A stretch of 64,000 nt of DNA from the NCBI GenBank assembly GCA_034004115.1, contig JAVEXG010000001.1, positions 1,153 through 65,152 on the forward strand, written 5' to 3'. This stretch comes from Bacteroidales bacterium. Lineage in GTDB: Bacteria > Bacteroidota > Bacteroidia > Bacteroidales > VadinHA17. A model generated the notes under the pieces. The model did no database searches, was not told where the DNA came from, and worked only from the letters and a program-made list of their open reading frames with translations. The translations under genes and the position numbers were made by a program. This document shows, piece by piece, positions 8,725-19,234 of this stretch (position 1 is the stretch's first letter; each line of letters starts with the position of its first letter).

Positions 8725-9717
8725 CTATTTATCAAATGCGGAATCAAAGGCGATATTCGAAGCAGGAAAGTCAACTGACCTAACAAACTGGCAGGCCTCC
8801 ATTGCTCCATGCTCCCGGTCCATTCCGCTGTCTTCCCATTCTATCGAGAGGGGACCGTCATATCCTATCCTGTTCAATGCCCTGATTATCTCTTCGAAAT
8901 TTATATTTCCCCGGCCGGGGCTCCTGAAATCCCAGTAGCGGCCCTTGGTACCGAATTCTGTATGGCCGCCGAAGACTCCCGCTTCAGCAGGTCCGTCCGA
9001 CCAGCCTGCATCCTTCATGTGAACATGAAATATCCTGTCGCTGAATGCGTAGATGAATTCCACATAGTCAACCCCCTGGTATCCGAAATGAGACGGATCA
9101 TAATTGAATCCGAATGCGGGGTGGTTCTTAAGTGCGGCAAGCGCTTTCCTGGCTGATGCGATATCGAAAGCTATTTCTGTCGGGTGAACCTCAAGCGCAA
9201 ATCTTACCCCCATCTCCTTGTAGGCATCAAGTATGGGCTTCCATCTTCTGGCAAACTCCCTGAAGCCGTCGTCTATCATTTTAGGAAGGTTCGGAGGGAA
9301 AGAGTATGCAAGGTGCCATATCGGACTCCCGGTGAAACCGTTTACTATTGAAACTCCAAGCCTGAGGGCGGCCTCGCCTGTCTTTACCATCTCGGCTGCA
9401 GCCCGCTTTCTGACTCCTTCAGGATCACCATTACCCCAGACATAATCCGGAACTATTGCCTTGTGTCTTTCGTCAATCCGGTCCGCAACGGCCTGCCCAA
9501 CCAGATGATTCGATATCGAAAAGACCTTAAGCCCGTATTTATCCAGAAGTTTTCTTTTTGCCTTGCAATAGGCATCCGTTGCCTTGTCGACTTCAAAATG
9601 ATCGCCCCAGCATGCAAGCTCAAGTCCGTCATATCCGAACGACTTCGCCTTTTTACAAACTGTTTCAAATGGTAAATCTGCCCACTGGCCCGTGAAGAGT
9701 GTAACTGGTCTGCTCAT
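8725..9717 (-). CDS. sugar phosphate isomerase/epimerase (xylose isomerase-like TIM barrel)
   Basis: 330 aa. It shows patterns of AP-endonuclease-2/xylose-isomerase-like barrels (GYDGLELA..., ...LEVHP..., HVHMKD...). It is paired with the Gfo/Idh/MocA gene, as is common. Confidence 0.82.
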   Translation of the reverse strand: MSRPVTLFTGQWADLPFETVCKKAKSFGYDGLELACWGDHFEVDKATDAYCKAKRKLLDKYGLKVFSISNHLVGQAVADRIDERHKAIVPDYVWGNGDPEGVRKRAAAEMVKTGEAALRLGVSIVNGFTGSPIWHLAYSFPPNLPKMIDDGFREFARRWKPILDAYKEMGVRFALEVHPTEIAFDIASARKALAALKNHPAFGFNYDPSHFGYQGVDYVEFIYAFSDRIFHVHMKDAGWSDGPAEAGVFGGHTEFGTKGRYWDFRSPGRGNINFEEIIRALNRIGYDGPLSIEWEDSGMDREHGAMEACQFVRSVDFPASNIAFDSAFDK

Positions 9718-9850
9718 ATCTGTTGTATTTTAAACTTATGAAATTTCAGGTGGATGGATACATGTTGCTAATATAGTAAATTCATTTGCATCAGTTCCAC
9801 CCATTGGGTGAGAATTTGTTTACTTTGCGTATAATCTGAAGCTTAATATC

Positions 9851-10606
9851 ATGAATGTCAATACCAGCTTTCTTCTTCAAAGGAGAACAATAAGAAAATA
9901 TAAAAGCGAAGATGTCACCGACGATCTGCTAAATGACATCATCAATGAGGGATGCAGGACTTCCACAACCGGAAATATGCAGGTTTACAGCATTATAGTA
10001 ACCCGCGACAGCCAGATCAGGCAGCAGCTGCTTCCCCTTCACTTCAATCAGCCTATGGTAACCGAAGCCCCGGTTGTCCTGACTTTCTGCGCCGATTTCA
10101 ACAGGTTTAATAAGTGGTGCGTGCTGAACGATGCCAGACCGGGTTATGACAACTTCCTTTCGTTCATGACTGCAGCCATCGATGCCCTTCTGGTGGCCCA
10201 GACAATCTGTATTTCAGCGGAAGCCAGGGGATTGGGTATCTGTTATCTCGGCACCACAACCTATATGGCTCACAAGATAACCGAGGTGCTGCGACTGCCG
10301 TTGGGGGTGGTTCCGGTTACAACAGTTACCCTTGGCTGGCCTGCTGCTTATCCCGAACAGCCCGACAGACTGCCTGCCGGGGCAATCGTCCACAGGGAGG
10401 TTTATTCCGATTATACCGATCAGGAGATCCGTGATTACTATTCTGCAAAGGAAGCCAGAGAAGAATCAGCTCAGTTTGTCAGGGAGAATGACAAAACTAC
10501 ACTGGCTCAGGTTTTTACAGATGTGAGGTATAAAAAGGAGGATAACGTCTACTTCTCCGGTATTTTGCTGCAGGTATTGAAGGATCAGGGATTTATGAAT
10601 CAGTAG
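9851..10606 (+). CDS. nitroreductase-family NAD(P)H flavin oxidoreductase
   Basis: 251 aa. N-terminal RRTIRKY... motif and a nitroreductase fold pattern (...STTGNMQ..., GLGICYLG). Confidence 0.85.
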   Translation: MNVNTSFLLQRRTIRKYKSEDVTDDLLNDIINEGCRTSTTGNMQVYSIIVTRDSQIRQQLLPLHFNQPMVTEAPVVLTFCADFNRFNKWCVLNDARPGYDNFLSFMTAAIDALLVAQTICISAEARGLGICYLGTTTYMAHKITEVLRLPLGVVPVTTVTLGWPAAYPEQPDRLPAGAIVHREVYSDYTDQEIRDYYSAKEAREESAQFVRENDKTTLAQVFTDVRYKKEDNVYFSGILLQVLKDQGFMNQ

Positions 10607-10640
10607 CTGAAAGCTGCCAATTCGCACATCCTTAGTTCTT

Positions 10641-10670
10641 TAACCCCTCTTAAGGGGGCAGGGGGGTGAA
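10641..10670. repeat. C-run/G-run hairpin element (single copy of the C5/G5 family)
   Basis: CCCCT-CTTA-AGGGG hairpin (10644-10657) followed by GCA-GGGGGG (10658-10666). It is related in style to the elements at 40250-40356 and 58851-58920. Confidence 0.5.
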
Positions 10671-10743
10671 AAATGGCAGGAGTTGAAGAAATAAAGAATT
10701 TCAATAATCATGATGTGTATAAAGGTTAGGAGTTGCCCTGACT

Positions 10744-11814
10744 TTATCTGAAAGGAATATCCAGAGACTTTGCTACTTCCTCCAGGTCCTTTTCAATTGC
10801 CGGGACAAGCTCTATACCTTCGGCACTTATCCTGAGCTCAGCTTCCCGTTCCGGATCTCCGGGTATCAGAACTTTTTCCTGGCCCTGTGCAGGTAAGGCG
10901 GAACGGAATGTTTCAATCCATTCGTCCATCTTTGCCTTGAAGGCATCTGCAGGCTGAAAGGCATCAATCCTCATTGCTCCGAAGAAATGCCCGGTTCCCT
11001 CGCCAACTTTTTTGTCGAGTAGCGGCAGATAGGCAACGCTTGGAGGAACGAAGGGACCGAAGTTGGCTCCGCTGAATACGGCGGAGAAGATGTCAACGAG
11101 CGATGAGAGACAATATCCCTTGTGGCTCCCGTGAACCCTGTCGCCTCCGAGAGTAAGCATCGAACCTCCCGATTTAAGTATCGAAGGATCATCTGAAGGA
11201 AAGCCGTTCTTGTCCTGGACAAACCCGAACGGCACTTTTTCGTCTTTCTTCTCGGCAACGGCCAGTTTCCCTCTCGCAATGGGTGTTGTTGCAAAGTCAG
11301 CAACTAGCGGAGGCTGTTTTCCTGCAGGTATTGCCACAGCAATGGGGTTGGTGCCCATCATCCTGCTCACGGAAAATGTAGGAGAAACCAGCGGATTGGC
11401 GTTTGTCAGGCAGATACCTGTCATATCATGTTCGAGCGCCATCATTGCATAATATCCGGCTATGCCGAAGTGATTTGAGTTACGCGCGGCCACCCATCCG
11501 GTGCCTGCAAAACGGGCTTTCTCGATTGCAATTTCCATCGATCTGCGGGCAGTAATCATGCCAATGGCATTATCCCCGTCGACTACCGCCGTGCTGGGTG
11601 ATTCATGAACGATCCTGATCTGAGGCCTGACATTGATCCTTCCTGCCTTCCACAGTTCATAATAATCCTTTATCCTTATCATCCCGTGTGAGGCATGTCC
11701 CCTGAGCTCGGCTGCAAGAAAAACACCGGCAATGATTAGGGCATCGGTTTCACTGCATCCCATCCTTATGAAAACCGACTTTGTGAAATCAAACAGAAAA
11801 TCCCTTGTGTACAT
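10744..11814 (-). CDS. Ldh2-family malate/L-lactate/sulfolactate-type dehydrogenase
   Basis: 356 aa. It shows the characteristic ...RGHASHGMIRI... and ...NHFGIAGYY... motifs of the Ldh_2 family. Confidence 0.88.
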   Translation of the reverse strand: MYTRDFLFDFTKSVFIRMGCSETDALIIAGVFLAAELRGHASHGMIRIKDYYELWKAGRINVRPQIRIVHESPSTAVVDGDNAIGMITARRSMEIAIEKARFAGTGWVAARNSNHFGIAGYYAMMALEHDMTGICLTNANPLVSPTFSVSRMMGTNPIAVAIPAGKQPPLVADFATTPIARGKLAVAEKKDEKVPFGFVQDKNGFPSDDPSILKSGGSMLTLGGDRVHGSHKGYCLSSLVDIFSAVFSGANFGPFVPPSVAYLPLLDKKVGEGTGHFFGAMRIDAFQPADAFKAKMDEWIETFRSALPAQGQEKVLIPGDPEREAELRISAEGIELVPAIEKDLEEVAKSLDIPFR

Positions 11815-11869
11815 GAGAATTTTTGTTGGTTGGTATTAGGTCCTTTGGTTCGGAATTGATATTGTTTTT

Positions 11870-11932
11870 CAATAAATAGTTATCGAATTACAATAAAATA
11901 TTATCGTTTTACAATAAATATTTGTTGTTTTC
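11870..11932. repeat. three tandem 21-bp AT-rich direct repeats
   Basis: The three copies are CAATAAATAGTTATCGAATTA, CAATAAAATATTATCGTTTTA and CAATAAATATTTGTTGTTTTC, with 15-16 of 21 identities between neighbours. They lie upstream of the Ldh2-family gene and downstream of the SDR gene. Confidence 0.7.
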
Positions 11933-11982
11933 CAGGACTCACCTTTGAGTCCGTTTCAGAGCTGATGGCAGGCACTGACCTT

Positions 11983-12741
11983 TCAGACCTTTCTGTTGAG
12001 ATGTCCTGCGCTGGCCTGTTGTGATGGTGTTATTGTCAGATCATTTATACAGACATGTTCCGGCAGGGTTGCGCAGAAATAAATCACTTCTGCGATGTCC
12101 TCTGCAGTCAGTGCCTTAACTCCCTTGTAAACAGCATCGGCCTTTTCCCTGTCGCCCTTGAACCTGACGATTGAGAATTCCGTTTCAGCCATCCCCGGGG
12201 CAATGTTGGTAACCTTTATGCCATGTTTCAGCAGATCGATCCGCATTGCTTTTGAGAGTGCGTCGACTGCGTGCTTTGAGGCGCAGTAAACGTTTCCGTT
12301 CTCATAAACCTCCTTTCCTGCAATTGATGATATGTTGAATATGTGTCCTCCGCCACGTGCAACCATCAGCGGCGAAACAGTCCTGGTGATGTAAAGGAGT
12401 CCCTTCACGTTGGTGTCGATCATCCGGTCCCAGTCATTGGTGTCACCGTCGTCAATGTGTGAAAGTCCGACGGCAAGTCCGGCATTGTTAACCAGAATGT
12501 CAATGTTTTTCCATTCAGGGGGAAGATTTTCAACGGCCGATTTAACCGCAGCAAGGTCTCTGACATCGAAATTCAGCGTCAGAACTTCAGTACCCGTAAG
12601 AGTAAGCTCTTTTTCAAGCTCCAGCAGTCTTTCTCTTCTACGGCCTGTGATAATTATCCTGTATCCGTTTTCAGCAAATTTCGCCGCAATGGCGCGGCCG
12701 AATCCGGCTGTGGCACCGGTTACCATTATGGTCTTTTCCAT
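11983..12741 (-). CDS. short-chain dehydrogenase/reductase (YdfG-like NADP-dependent)
   Basis: 252 aa. TGATAGFG cofactor motif, NNAG, and the YCASK catalytic Tyr/Lys motif. Confidence 0.92.
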   Translation of the reverse strand: MEKTIMVTGATAGFGRAIAAKFAENGYRIIITGRRRERLLELEKELTLTGTEVLTLNFDVRDLAAVKSAVENLPPEWKNIDILVNNAGLAVGLSHIDDGDTNDWDRMIDTNVKGLLYITRTVSPLMVARGGGHIFNISSIAGKEVYENGNVYCASKHAVDALSKAMRIDLLKHGIKVTNIAPGMAETEFSIVRFKGDREKADAVYKGVKALTAEDIAEVIYFCATLPEHVCINDLTITPSQQASAGHLNRKV

Positions 12742-12791
12742 TGAACTGTTTAGCTATTGTTGCGGGTAAAAGTATAAATAATATTTGTACT

Positions 12792-12799
12792 TATATTTG
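12792..12799 (+). promoter_or_regulatory. -7 box (TATATTTG) of probable ubiE promoter
   Basis: TAnnTTTG match 18 nt upstream of the ubiE ATG. Confidence 0.4.
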
Positions 12800-12816
12800 C
12801 GGTCAATATTTATTCA

Positions 12817-13539
12817 ATGACGGAAAGACACGACAGGGAGATCACTGAAAAGGAGGGGATAGGCGGAATGTTCGACTCCATTGCATGGCGCTATGATTTT
12901 TTGAACCATCTGCTGTCGTTCGGGATCGACAAGCGCTGGAGGAAAAGGGCGATAAAGGAAATATCAGGGAACTTCAGGAATCCGGAAATCCTGGATGTGG
13001 CAACCGGTACGGGCGATCTTGCAATTGAAGCTGCAGGAATAAACCCCATGAAAATTACCGGTATCGATATCTCCGAAAACATGCTGCAGATAGGTAAAAG
13101 AAAGGTAGCAGAGAAAAACCTGGAGAATCTGATTGATTTTGTCAGGTGCGAATCGGAAAATATCTGTTTTGATGACGAAACTTTTGATGTTGCCATGGTG
13201 GCATTCGGCGTCAGGAATTTCACTGACCCTGTAAGGGGACTGTCGGAAATGAGAAGGGTCCTCCGAAGAAACGGGATGGTCGTTGTGCTTGAATTCTCCC
13301 GTCCCGACGGAACTATTTTTAAACATCTTTATAACATCTATTTCGGCCATGTGCTTCCCTTTGTCGGATCGCTCTTTTCAAAACATAGGAAGGCTTATAC
13401 ATATCTTAATGAATCAGTTATGAGGTTTGCTGAAAAGGAAAAATTCATAAGCATGATGACCTCCGCCGGATTTTCGGATATCAGCCAGACAAGAATGACA
13501 GGCGGAATAGCTTCCATTTATACCGGCGTCAGAAAGTAA
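12817..13539 (+). CDS. ubiE: demethylmenaquinone/ubiquinone C-methyltransferase
   Basis: 240 aa. YDFLNHLLSFGIDKRWR signature of UbiE/MenG, and the SAM-binding ILDVATGTGD motif. Confidence 0.93.
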   Translation: MTERHDREITEKEGIGGMFDSIAWRYDFLNHLLSFGIDKRWRKRAIKEISGNFRNPEILDVATGTGDLAIEAAGINPMKITGIDISENMLQIGKRKVAEKNLENLIDFVRCESENICFDDETFDVAMVAFGVRNFTDPVRGLSEMRRVLRRNGMVVVLEFSRPDGTIFKHLYNIYFGHVLPFVGSLFSKHRKAYTYLNESVMRFAEKEKFISMMTSAGFSDISQTRMTGGIASIYTGVRK

Positions 13540-13641
13540 AAACAATATTCGGCAGCCAATCAAGTTATATAAATCAGGTACCTCCTTGTCCCTTCCCGGC
13601 CAACGGTCCGACCATAATGCCGGTAAAGGGTTGAAGGATAT

Positions 13642-14412
13642 TTGATTAATCAAATCACTGCAACCGGAAAGTTGAGAAAAGGATCCTTATATTTAATTCT
13701 TGCAGGATTGTTCCTCCTGTTTTCTGCTGATGTATTCTGTCAGAAACAGAAACCCAAAAACGATTCATGGTACGACGATAAGCCGCTTCATTTTGGCTTC
13801 AGCCTTGGGGTCAACCTGATGGATTTCGATATAACTCCTTCTCAAACCTATCTTGAGCAGGATGGATATTTCCCGGAGGTAAGCGTTCTGAATCCCGGAA
13901 TAAACATTCAGGTTGTGACAGATTTCCGGCCGGCAAAATACATAGATCTGCGATTTCTTCCCGGCGTTTCATTCGGACAAAGAAGTGTTCAGTATTATGA
14001 TTTTAAAGACGATACGGAACCCATAAATGAAGAGATAGGAGAAATCCAACGACTTCAATCCTCATTCCTTGAATTTCCCCTCCTTGTGAAGCTTAAGGGC
14101 GACAGGCTGAACAATGTAAGGCCATATGTAATAGGAGGACTTAATTACAGGTACGATCTTGCCGGTAAAAAAGAGTATCCGGAAAGCGAAAATATATATC
14201 TGAGACTGAAAAGATCCGATCTGTACTATGAAGCGGGAGCCGGCCTCGATTTTTACCTGCCGTTTTTCAAACTGTCAGTTGAAATTAAGACATCAAGAGG
14301 ATTGAGAGATGTCCTTTGGCATGACGTTGGAGTTAGCGGTAAAACACAGTATGTTAATTCAATTGAAAAAATGCAGTCGCGAATCTGGGTCGTTTCATTT
14401 CATTTTGAATAG
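13642..14412 (+). CDS. porT: PorT-like outer-membrane beta-barrel protein
   Basis: 256 aa with a signal peptide (LILAGLFLLFSADVFCQ). It has alternating beta-strand patterns and ends in an aromatic-rich strand. A position directly after ubiE is typical of porT in Bacteroidota, as far as I recall. The only available start is TTG at 13642, so the start is uncertain. Confidence 0.6.
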   Translation: MINQITATGKLRKGSLYLILAGLFLLFSADVFCQKQKPKNDSWYDDKPLHFGFSLGVNLMDFDITPSQTYLEQDGYFPEVSVLNPGINIQVVTDFRPAKYIDLRFLPGVSFGQRSVQYYDFKDDTEPINEEIGEIQRLQSSFLEFPLLVKLKGDRLNNVRPYVIGGLNYRYDLAGKKEYPESENIYLRLKRSDLYYEAGAGLDFYLPFFKLSVEIKTSRGLRDVLWHDVGVSGKTQYVNSIEKMQSRIWVVSFHFE

Positions 14413-14418
14413 TACTCA

Positions 14419-15975
14419 ATGTCAAGGATTGTCAGGCTCAATATAAGCCCTGAAACCGCCGCAGATCAATCGCTGGTCCGTAAACTGGCAGGTTCGGTTG
14501 CCGGAATTCCCCCGTCCGGGATTTCTCAGCTCAGAATAATCAGAAGATCGGTCGATGCACGTAAAAGAAACATAATTGTTAACCTCGAGATCGAGGTTTT
14601 TGCATCAGACGACCAGCCGGCTCCGGCAATTCAGCCTTATGTTCCGCAGGATGTAACGGCTAAGAGAGAGGTTATTGTTGTGGGAGCAGGTCCGGCTGGT
14701 CTTTTTGCAGCGCTCAGGCTTATTGAGCTGGGGATACGTCCCGTCATCCTGGAACGGGGAAAGGATGTCTCAGCAAGAAAAAAGGATATCGCCCTGATAA
14801 GCCGTGAGCACAGGGTCGATCCCGACAGCAATTACTGCTTCGGAGAAGGCGGTGCCGGCACTTTTTCAGACGGCAAGCTTTACACGCGGTCAAAAAAGAG
14901 GGGAGATAACAGGAGGGTACTGGAATTGCTGTGCATTCACGGGGCAAATGAAAATATCCTGTATGAGGCCCATCCGCACCTGGGAACTGATAAACTCCCG
15001 GGGATCATCACCGGAATCAGAAAGACGATAACCGAAGCCGGAGGGGTATTCCTTTTCGGGAAAAGAGTAAGCGACATTATTGTTGAGGGTAATAAGGTTA
15101 AAGGTGTTGTGACCTCGGGAAATGATAGATTCCTCTCTCCATTCGTTATTCTGGCAACCGGACACTCATCAAGGGATATTTACTCTCTGTGCATTAGCAG
15201 GGGCATAAAACTTGAGCCTAAATCGTTCGCCATGGGCGTGAGGGTTGAACATCCCCAGGCACTGATCGACAGGATCCAGTACCATGGGAAGGAAAGAGGC
15301 AAATTCCTGCCGGCGGCTACTTACAATCTGGTTAAACAGGTTGATGACAGAGGCGTGTATTCGTTCTGCATGTGTCCGGGAGGATTCATCGTACCTGCAG
15401 CAACCTCGCCCGAAGAGGTTGTTGTAAACGGAATGTCTCCCTCCACCAGGAACTCTCCTTATGCAAATTCGGGCATCGTAGTGGAAATCAGACCGGAGGA
15501 CCTTAAAGATTATGCACGGTTTGATGTTCTTGCCGGACTTGAATTCCAGAAGGACTTTGAAAAACTTAACTGGGAACAGGCGGACAGAACACAATCAGCC
15601 CCGGCACAACGGATTACCGATTTCCTTACTGGAAAAACTTCAGCAACATTGCCTGCTGTCTCATATTTCCCCGGTGTAATATCATCTCCGCTTCATGAAT
15701 GGATCCCGCCTACGATCGGAGACAGACTAAAGGCCGGCTTTGGCTTTTTCGGATCTGTCATGAGGGGCTTCCTTACAGAAGAGGCAGTAATAACAGGTGT
15801 TGAGTCGAGGACTTCATCTCCGGTCAGGATCCCCAGAGATCCTGTTACATTGGAGCATACAGTTGTCTCTGGGCTCTACCCATGCGGAGAAGGATCAGGT
15901 TATGCCGGAGGGATAGTGTCGTCGGCAGTCGACGGTATGAATAGTGCAGAGGCAGTCGCATCCTTGGTGAAATGA
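14419..15975 (+). CDS. FAD-dependent oxidoreductase (uncharacterised NAD(FAD)-utilising dehydrogenase family)
   Basis: 518 aa. Contains the dinucleotide-binding motif VIVVGAGPAGLFAA. Confidence 0.8.
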   Translation: MSRIVRLNISPETAADQSLVRKLAGSVAGIPPSGISQLRIIRRSVDARKRNIIVNLEIEVFASDDQPAPAIQPYVPQDVTAKREVIVVGAGPAGLFAALRLIELGIRPVILERGKDVSARKKDIALISREHRVDPDSNYCFGEGGAGTFSDGKLYTRSKKRGDNRRVLELLCIHGANENILYEAHPHLGTDKLPGIITGIRKTITEAGGVFLFGKRVSDIIVEGNKVKGVVTSGNDRFLSPFVILATGHSSRDIYSLCISRGIKLEPKSFAMGVRVEHPQALIDRIQYHGKERGKFLPAATYNLVKQVDDRGVYSFCMCPGGFIVPAATSPEEVVVNGMSPSTRNSPYANSGIVVEIRPEDLKDYARFDVLAGLEFQKDFEKLNWEQADRTQSAPAQRITDFLTGKTSATLPAVSYFPGVISSPLHEWIPPTIGDRLKAGFGFFGSVMRGFLTEEAVITGVESRTSSPVRIPRDPVTLEHTVVSGLYPCGEGSGYAGGIVSSAVDGMNSAEAVASLVK

Positions 15976-15999
15976 TGCAGGGGAGCCAGCCCCGGGAAC

Positions 16000-16770
16000 T
16001 CATTTTCTTCTTCTTGCAAATTCCGAGAGAACTACTGAAACGGCCATCCCGACATTGAGAGATTCAACTCCGTGGTCCGATACTGAAAACCCTGGTATGA
16101 ATAATCTTTTTGTAATGAAGGGAGCCAGGCTTCCGGATATTCCCTTTGACTCGTTGCCGAACACGATTATTCCCCTTTCGTCAAGCTCCGATGTATAAAT
16201 TGATTCTCCCTCCAGAAAGGTTCCGTAAACAGGCATACCCGCCTTTTTCGCTTCCCCAAGAATGAAGTCAAGCTCCGAATACAGGACCTCAACATTCAGG
16301 ATTGCCCCCATTGAAGCCTGGATCACCTTCGGATTGTAAACATCAACCGAACCGGAAGAGCAGATAATATTTCGTATTCCAAACCAGGCCGCGGCCCTTA
16401 TTATTGTTCCGAGATTACCCGGATCCTGCACTGATTCAAGAGCTATGCTCAATCCCTGCATGCTGCCGGCGGAAAATAAAGGCGGATCAGGCATATTTAC
16501 TACTGCCAGTGCATTGTGTGGGGTGGTCAGACTGCTGATCCTTTTCAGTTCTTCATAGGAGGCTGGCACTATTTCACCTATAAGGGCTCTGTCGCCCTGC
16601 CCCAGGGTTGAGATGAATTCCGGTTTGGCAACAAGAAGGCTAAGCTTTTGACCGGCAGCAAGGTATTCCCTTACCAGTTTATCCCCTTCAATTGCAAAAA
16701 GCTTTTCCTCTTCCCTTACCTTCTTTTTCTGAAGCGACTGAATGTACTTTATTGTAATTCTGCTTACCAT
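16000..16770 (-). CDS. TrmH/SpoU-family RNA 2'-O-methyltransferase
   Basis: 256 aa. SpoU motifs QDPGNLGTIIR, ...FGNESKGIS... and ...ESLNVGMAVSVVL. Confidence 0.9.
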   Translation of the reverse strand: MVSRITIKYIQSLQKKKVREEEKLFAIEGDKLVREYLAAGQKLSLLVAKPEFISTLGQGDRALIGEIVPASYEELKRISSLTTPHNALAVVNMPDPPLFSAGSMQGLSIALESVQDPGNLGTIIRAAAWFGIRNIICSSGSVDVYNPKVIQASMGAILNVEVLYSELDFILGEAKKAGMPVYGTFLEGESIYTSELDERGIIVFGNESKGISGSLAPFITKRLFIPGFSVSDHGVESLNVGMAVSVVLSEFARRRK

Positions 16771-16840
16771 CCCTGAATAGTTTTGTGTTTCCGCAGGTAC
16801 GATATTTGTGGAAACTAATTATGTCTGTGCCCGATAATAG

Positions 16841-19234
16841 TTGTTTTCTATTATATATATATTTGCTTCAGGCTTTGATTTGCAAATTTTGAAAAAAACC
16901 GGTTCAAATAAAAATATATTACACCAGGGGAAAATATTTTTCCTGTTTCTCCTTGTGCCCCTCATCTTTTCATGCAATCCGACCAAATATGTTCCGCAGG
17001 ACGAGACCCTTCTCAACAGTAATTTCATCGAGATCGGCAAGGAGGGATTGAATAAGACTGACCTTTCTCCCTATATCAAACAAAAGCCAAACAAAAAGAT
17101 CTTTGGAGCCCGGTTCCATTTGTGGCTGTTCAACCTTTCCAACATCGAAAAGACGAAATGGCCTCACGGGTGGCTCAGGCGGATAGGGGAGGAACCTGTC
17201 ATTTTCGACAGTTTTTCAAAGGACCAGAGCAGGCAGCAGCTTGAGGATTTCATCGCTTCCAAGGGCTACTTCGACAGCGATGTTACAGATTCGGTTATGA
17301 CGCAGAAGAGAAAGTCGGATGTCTTTTATAATGTTAACCTGAAATCACCCTATACAATCAGGAATATATTCCATGAGATTGACGACACCACAATCAGGGC
17401 GCTGTTCAATTTCGATTCGGTGTCGTGTCTCATTCAGAGAGGCAAGCCTTATGATGTCGACGTCCTTCAGGCCGAGCGGACCCGTCTCGAGCGTTATGTA
17501 AAAAACCATGGGTTTTACGGATTCTCTGCCGATCATATTTCTTTCAGGGTCGACAGCACGATAGGCAACAGGCAGGTCAATCTGTTTTATGAGGTCAGGA
17601 AAGCACAACGGATTGATCAGTATAACAGGATAACCCTTGGTCCTCATCAGGTCTATCAGATCAAAAATGTCTATATTCATCCTGAATACATTCAGAAATC
17701 GGTGATGGAAGAGGGTGAATCTTATGCGGGACGCCTTGATACAACATTCTACCAGGGCTTCTACTTCATTACGGAAGGTTCCAAACCTGCAGTCAGGCAC
17801 GATCTGATACTCAAATCCCTTTATCTCAAGCCGGGTTCCAACTATAATCTTGTCGATGTTGAGCAAACCCAGAGTCATCTTCTGACTTTGAAGACTTACC
17901 GCCTTGTAAATATATTTTTCAGCGATACTGATCCTCCTGAAGAGAACCCGGGGCAGTCAATGTATCTTAACTGCCATATTCAGCTTACCCTGCTAAGCCA
18001 GCAATCGTTCAATGTTGAACTTGAAGGTACAAATACGGCCGGTAATTTCGGGGGCGCCCTGAACCTGGTTTACCAGCACAAGAATCTGTTTCGCGGCGCA
18101 GAGCAGTTCAACCTGAAGCTCAAAGGCGCCTTTGAGGCAATGTCGCAGCCAAATACAAAACTCAGAAGCACCCAGGAATATGGAGTGGAAACCTCACTGA
18201 GGCTTCCCAGGTTCCTTATGCCCGTTATTAATCCGGAGGAGTTCATAAAAACCAAGAATCCGACAACCACTTTACTGGCCGCATATAACTATCAGGATCT
18301 CAGTTTCTTCACAAGGACAATGGCCAACGCCACCTTCGGTTACAGCTGGACGGCCCGGGACTACGGGACACATATTGCGAATCCCTTTCAGCTTAACCTT
18401 GTGAATATGATGAAAATTGATACGAGCTTCCAGAAGCTGATCAATGTTTCGTCATACCTCTCAAATAGTTACAAGGATGTACTAATCCTTGGCGGCAACT
18501 ATTCCTTTATCTTCAACAATCAGAAGATCCAGAAATCGAGGGATTACCTCTTTTTTAGGGTGAATGCCGAGGCTGCCGGGAACATGCTTTCTGCGGCAGG
18601 AAAACTGGCCGGGGCTCAGAAAAAGAATGATTACTACAATTTCCTGGGGCAGCCTTATGCCCAGTATGTACGTCTCGATGCCGACGTAAGATACAATGTG
18701 ATTATAAATGATATCAGCTCGGTTGTGTACAGGGCTTTCACAGGTGTAGGGATCCCCTACGGCAACTCGAGGGCAATACCCTTCGAGAAACAGTATTTCG
18801 GGGGAGGCGCCAACGGTATCAGGGCATGGCAGGTGCGTTCCCTTGGTCCCGGTTCCTATGATGTTCCGGATACAATCAATTTCATAAACCAGACTGCGGA
18901 TATTAAGCTTGAAGCTAACGTGGAGTACAGGTTTAAACTGTTCTGGGTTCTTGAAGGCGCTCTGTTTATGGATGCCGGCAATATCTGGACCTTCAATGAT
19001 GATGCCTCCCGTCAGGGTGCCAGATTCAGATTCAACAAGTTCATCGACGATATGGCGGTGGGTACAGGAACCGGATTCAGGTTCGATTTCAGCTTCGTTA
19101 CTGCCAGGATTGATATGGGAGTCAAGCTGCGTGACCCGGCTATCAATGCTGGCTCCAAGTGGATACTGGCCTCCAGGCGATTCGACTTCGGCGACGATAT
19201 TACATTCGTGCTGGGTATAGGATATCCCTTCTGA
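16841..19234 (+). CDS. BamA/TamA-family (surface antigen D15) outer-membrane protein
   Basis: 797 aa. C-terminal Omp85 barrel pattern (...FGGGANGIRAW..., ...EYRF..., terminal GIGYPF). There is no in-frame ATG near the 5' end. The TTG at 16841, or the TTG giving (M)KKTGSNKNILHQGKIFFLFLLVPLIFSC, could be the start. Confidence 0.85.
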   Translation: MFSIIYIFASGFDLQILKKTGSNKNILHQGKIFFLFLLVPLIFSCNPTKYVPQDETLLNSNFIEIGKEGLNKTDLSPYIKQKPNKKIFGARFHLWLFNLSNIEKTKWPHGWLRRIGEEPVIFDSFSKDQSRQQLEDFIASKGYFDSDVTDSVMTQKRKSDVFYNVNLKSPYTIRNIFHEIDDTTIRALFNFDSVSCLIQRGKPYDVDVLQAERTRLERYVKNHGFYGFSADHISFRVDSTIGNRQVNLFYEVRKAQRIDQYNRITLGPHQVYQIKNVYIHPEYIQKSVMEEGESYAGRLDTTFYQGFYFITEGSKPAVRHDLILKSLYLKPGSNYNLVDVEQTQSHLLTLKTYRLVNIFFSDTDPPEENPGQSMYLNCHIQLTLLSQQSFNVELEGTNTAGNFGGALNLVYQHKNLFRGAEQFNLKLKGAFEAMSQPNTKLRSTQEYGVETSLRLPRFLMPVINPEEFIKTKNPTTTLLAAYNYQDLSFFTRTMANATFGYSWTARDYGTHIANPFQLNLVNMMKIDTSFQKLINVSSYLSNSYKDVLILGGNYSFIFNNQKIQKSRDYLFFRVNAEAAGNMLSAAGKLAGAQKKNDYYNFLGQPYAQYVRLDADVRYNVIINDISSVVYRAFTGVGIPYGNSRAIPFEKQYFGGGANGIRAWQVRSLGPGSYDVPDTINFINQTADIKLEANVEYRFKLFWVLEGALFMDAGNIWTFNDDASRQGARFRFNKFIDDMAVGTGTGFRFDFSFVTARIDMGVKLRDPAINAGSKWILASRRFDFGDDITFVLGIGYPF

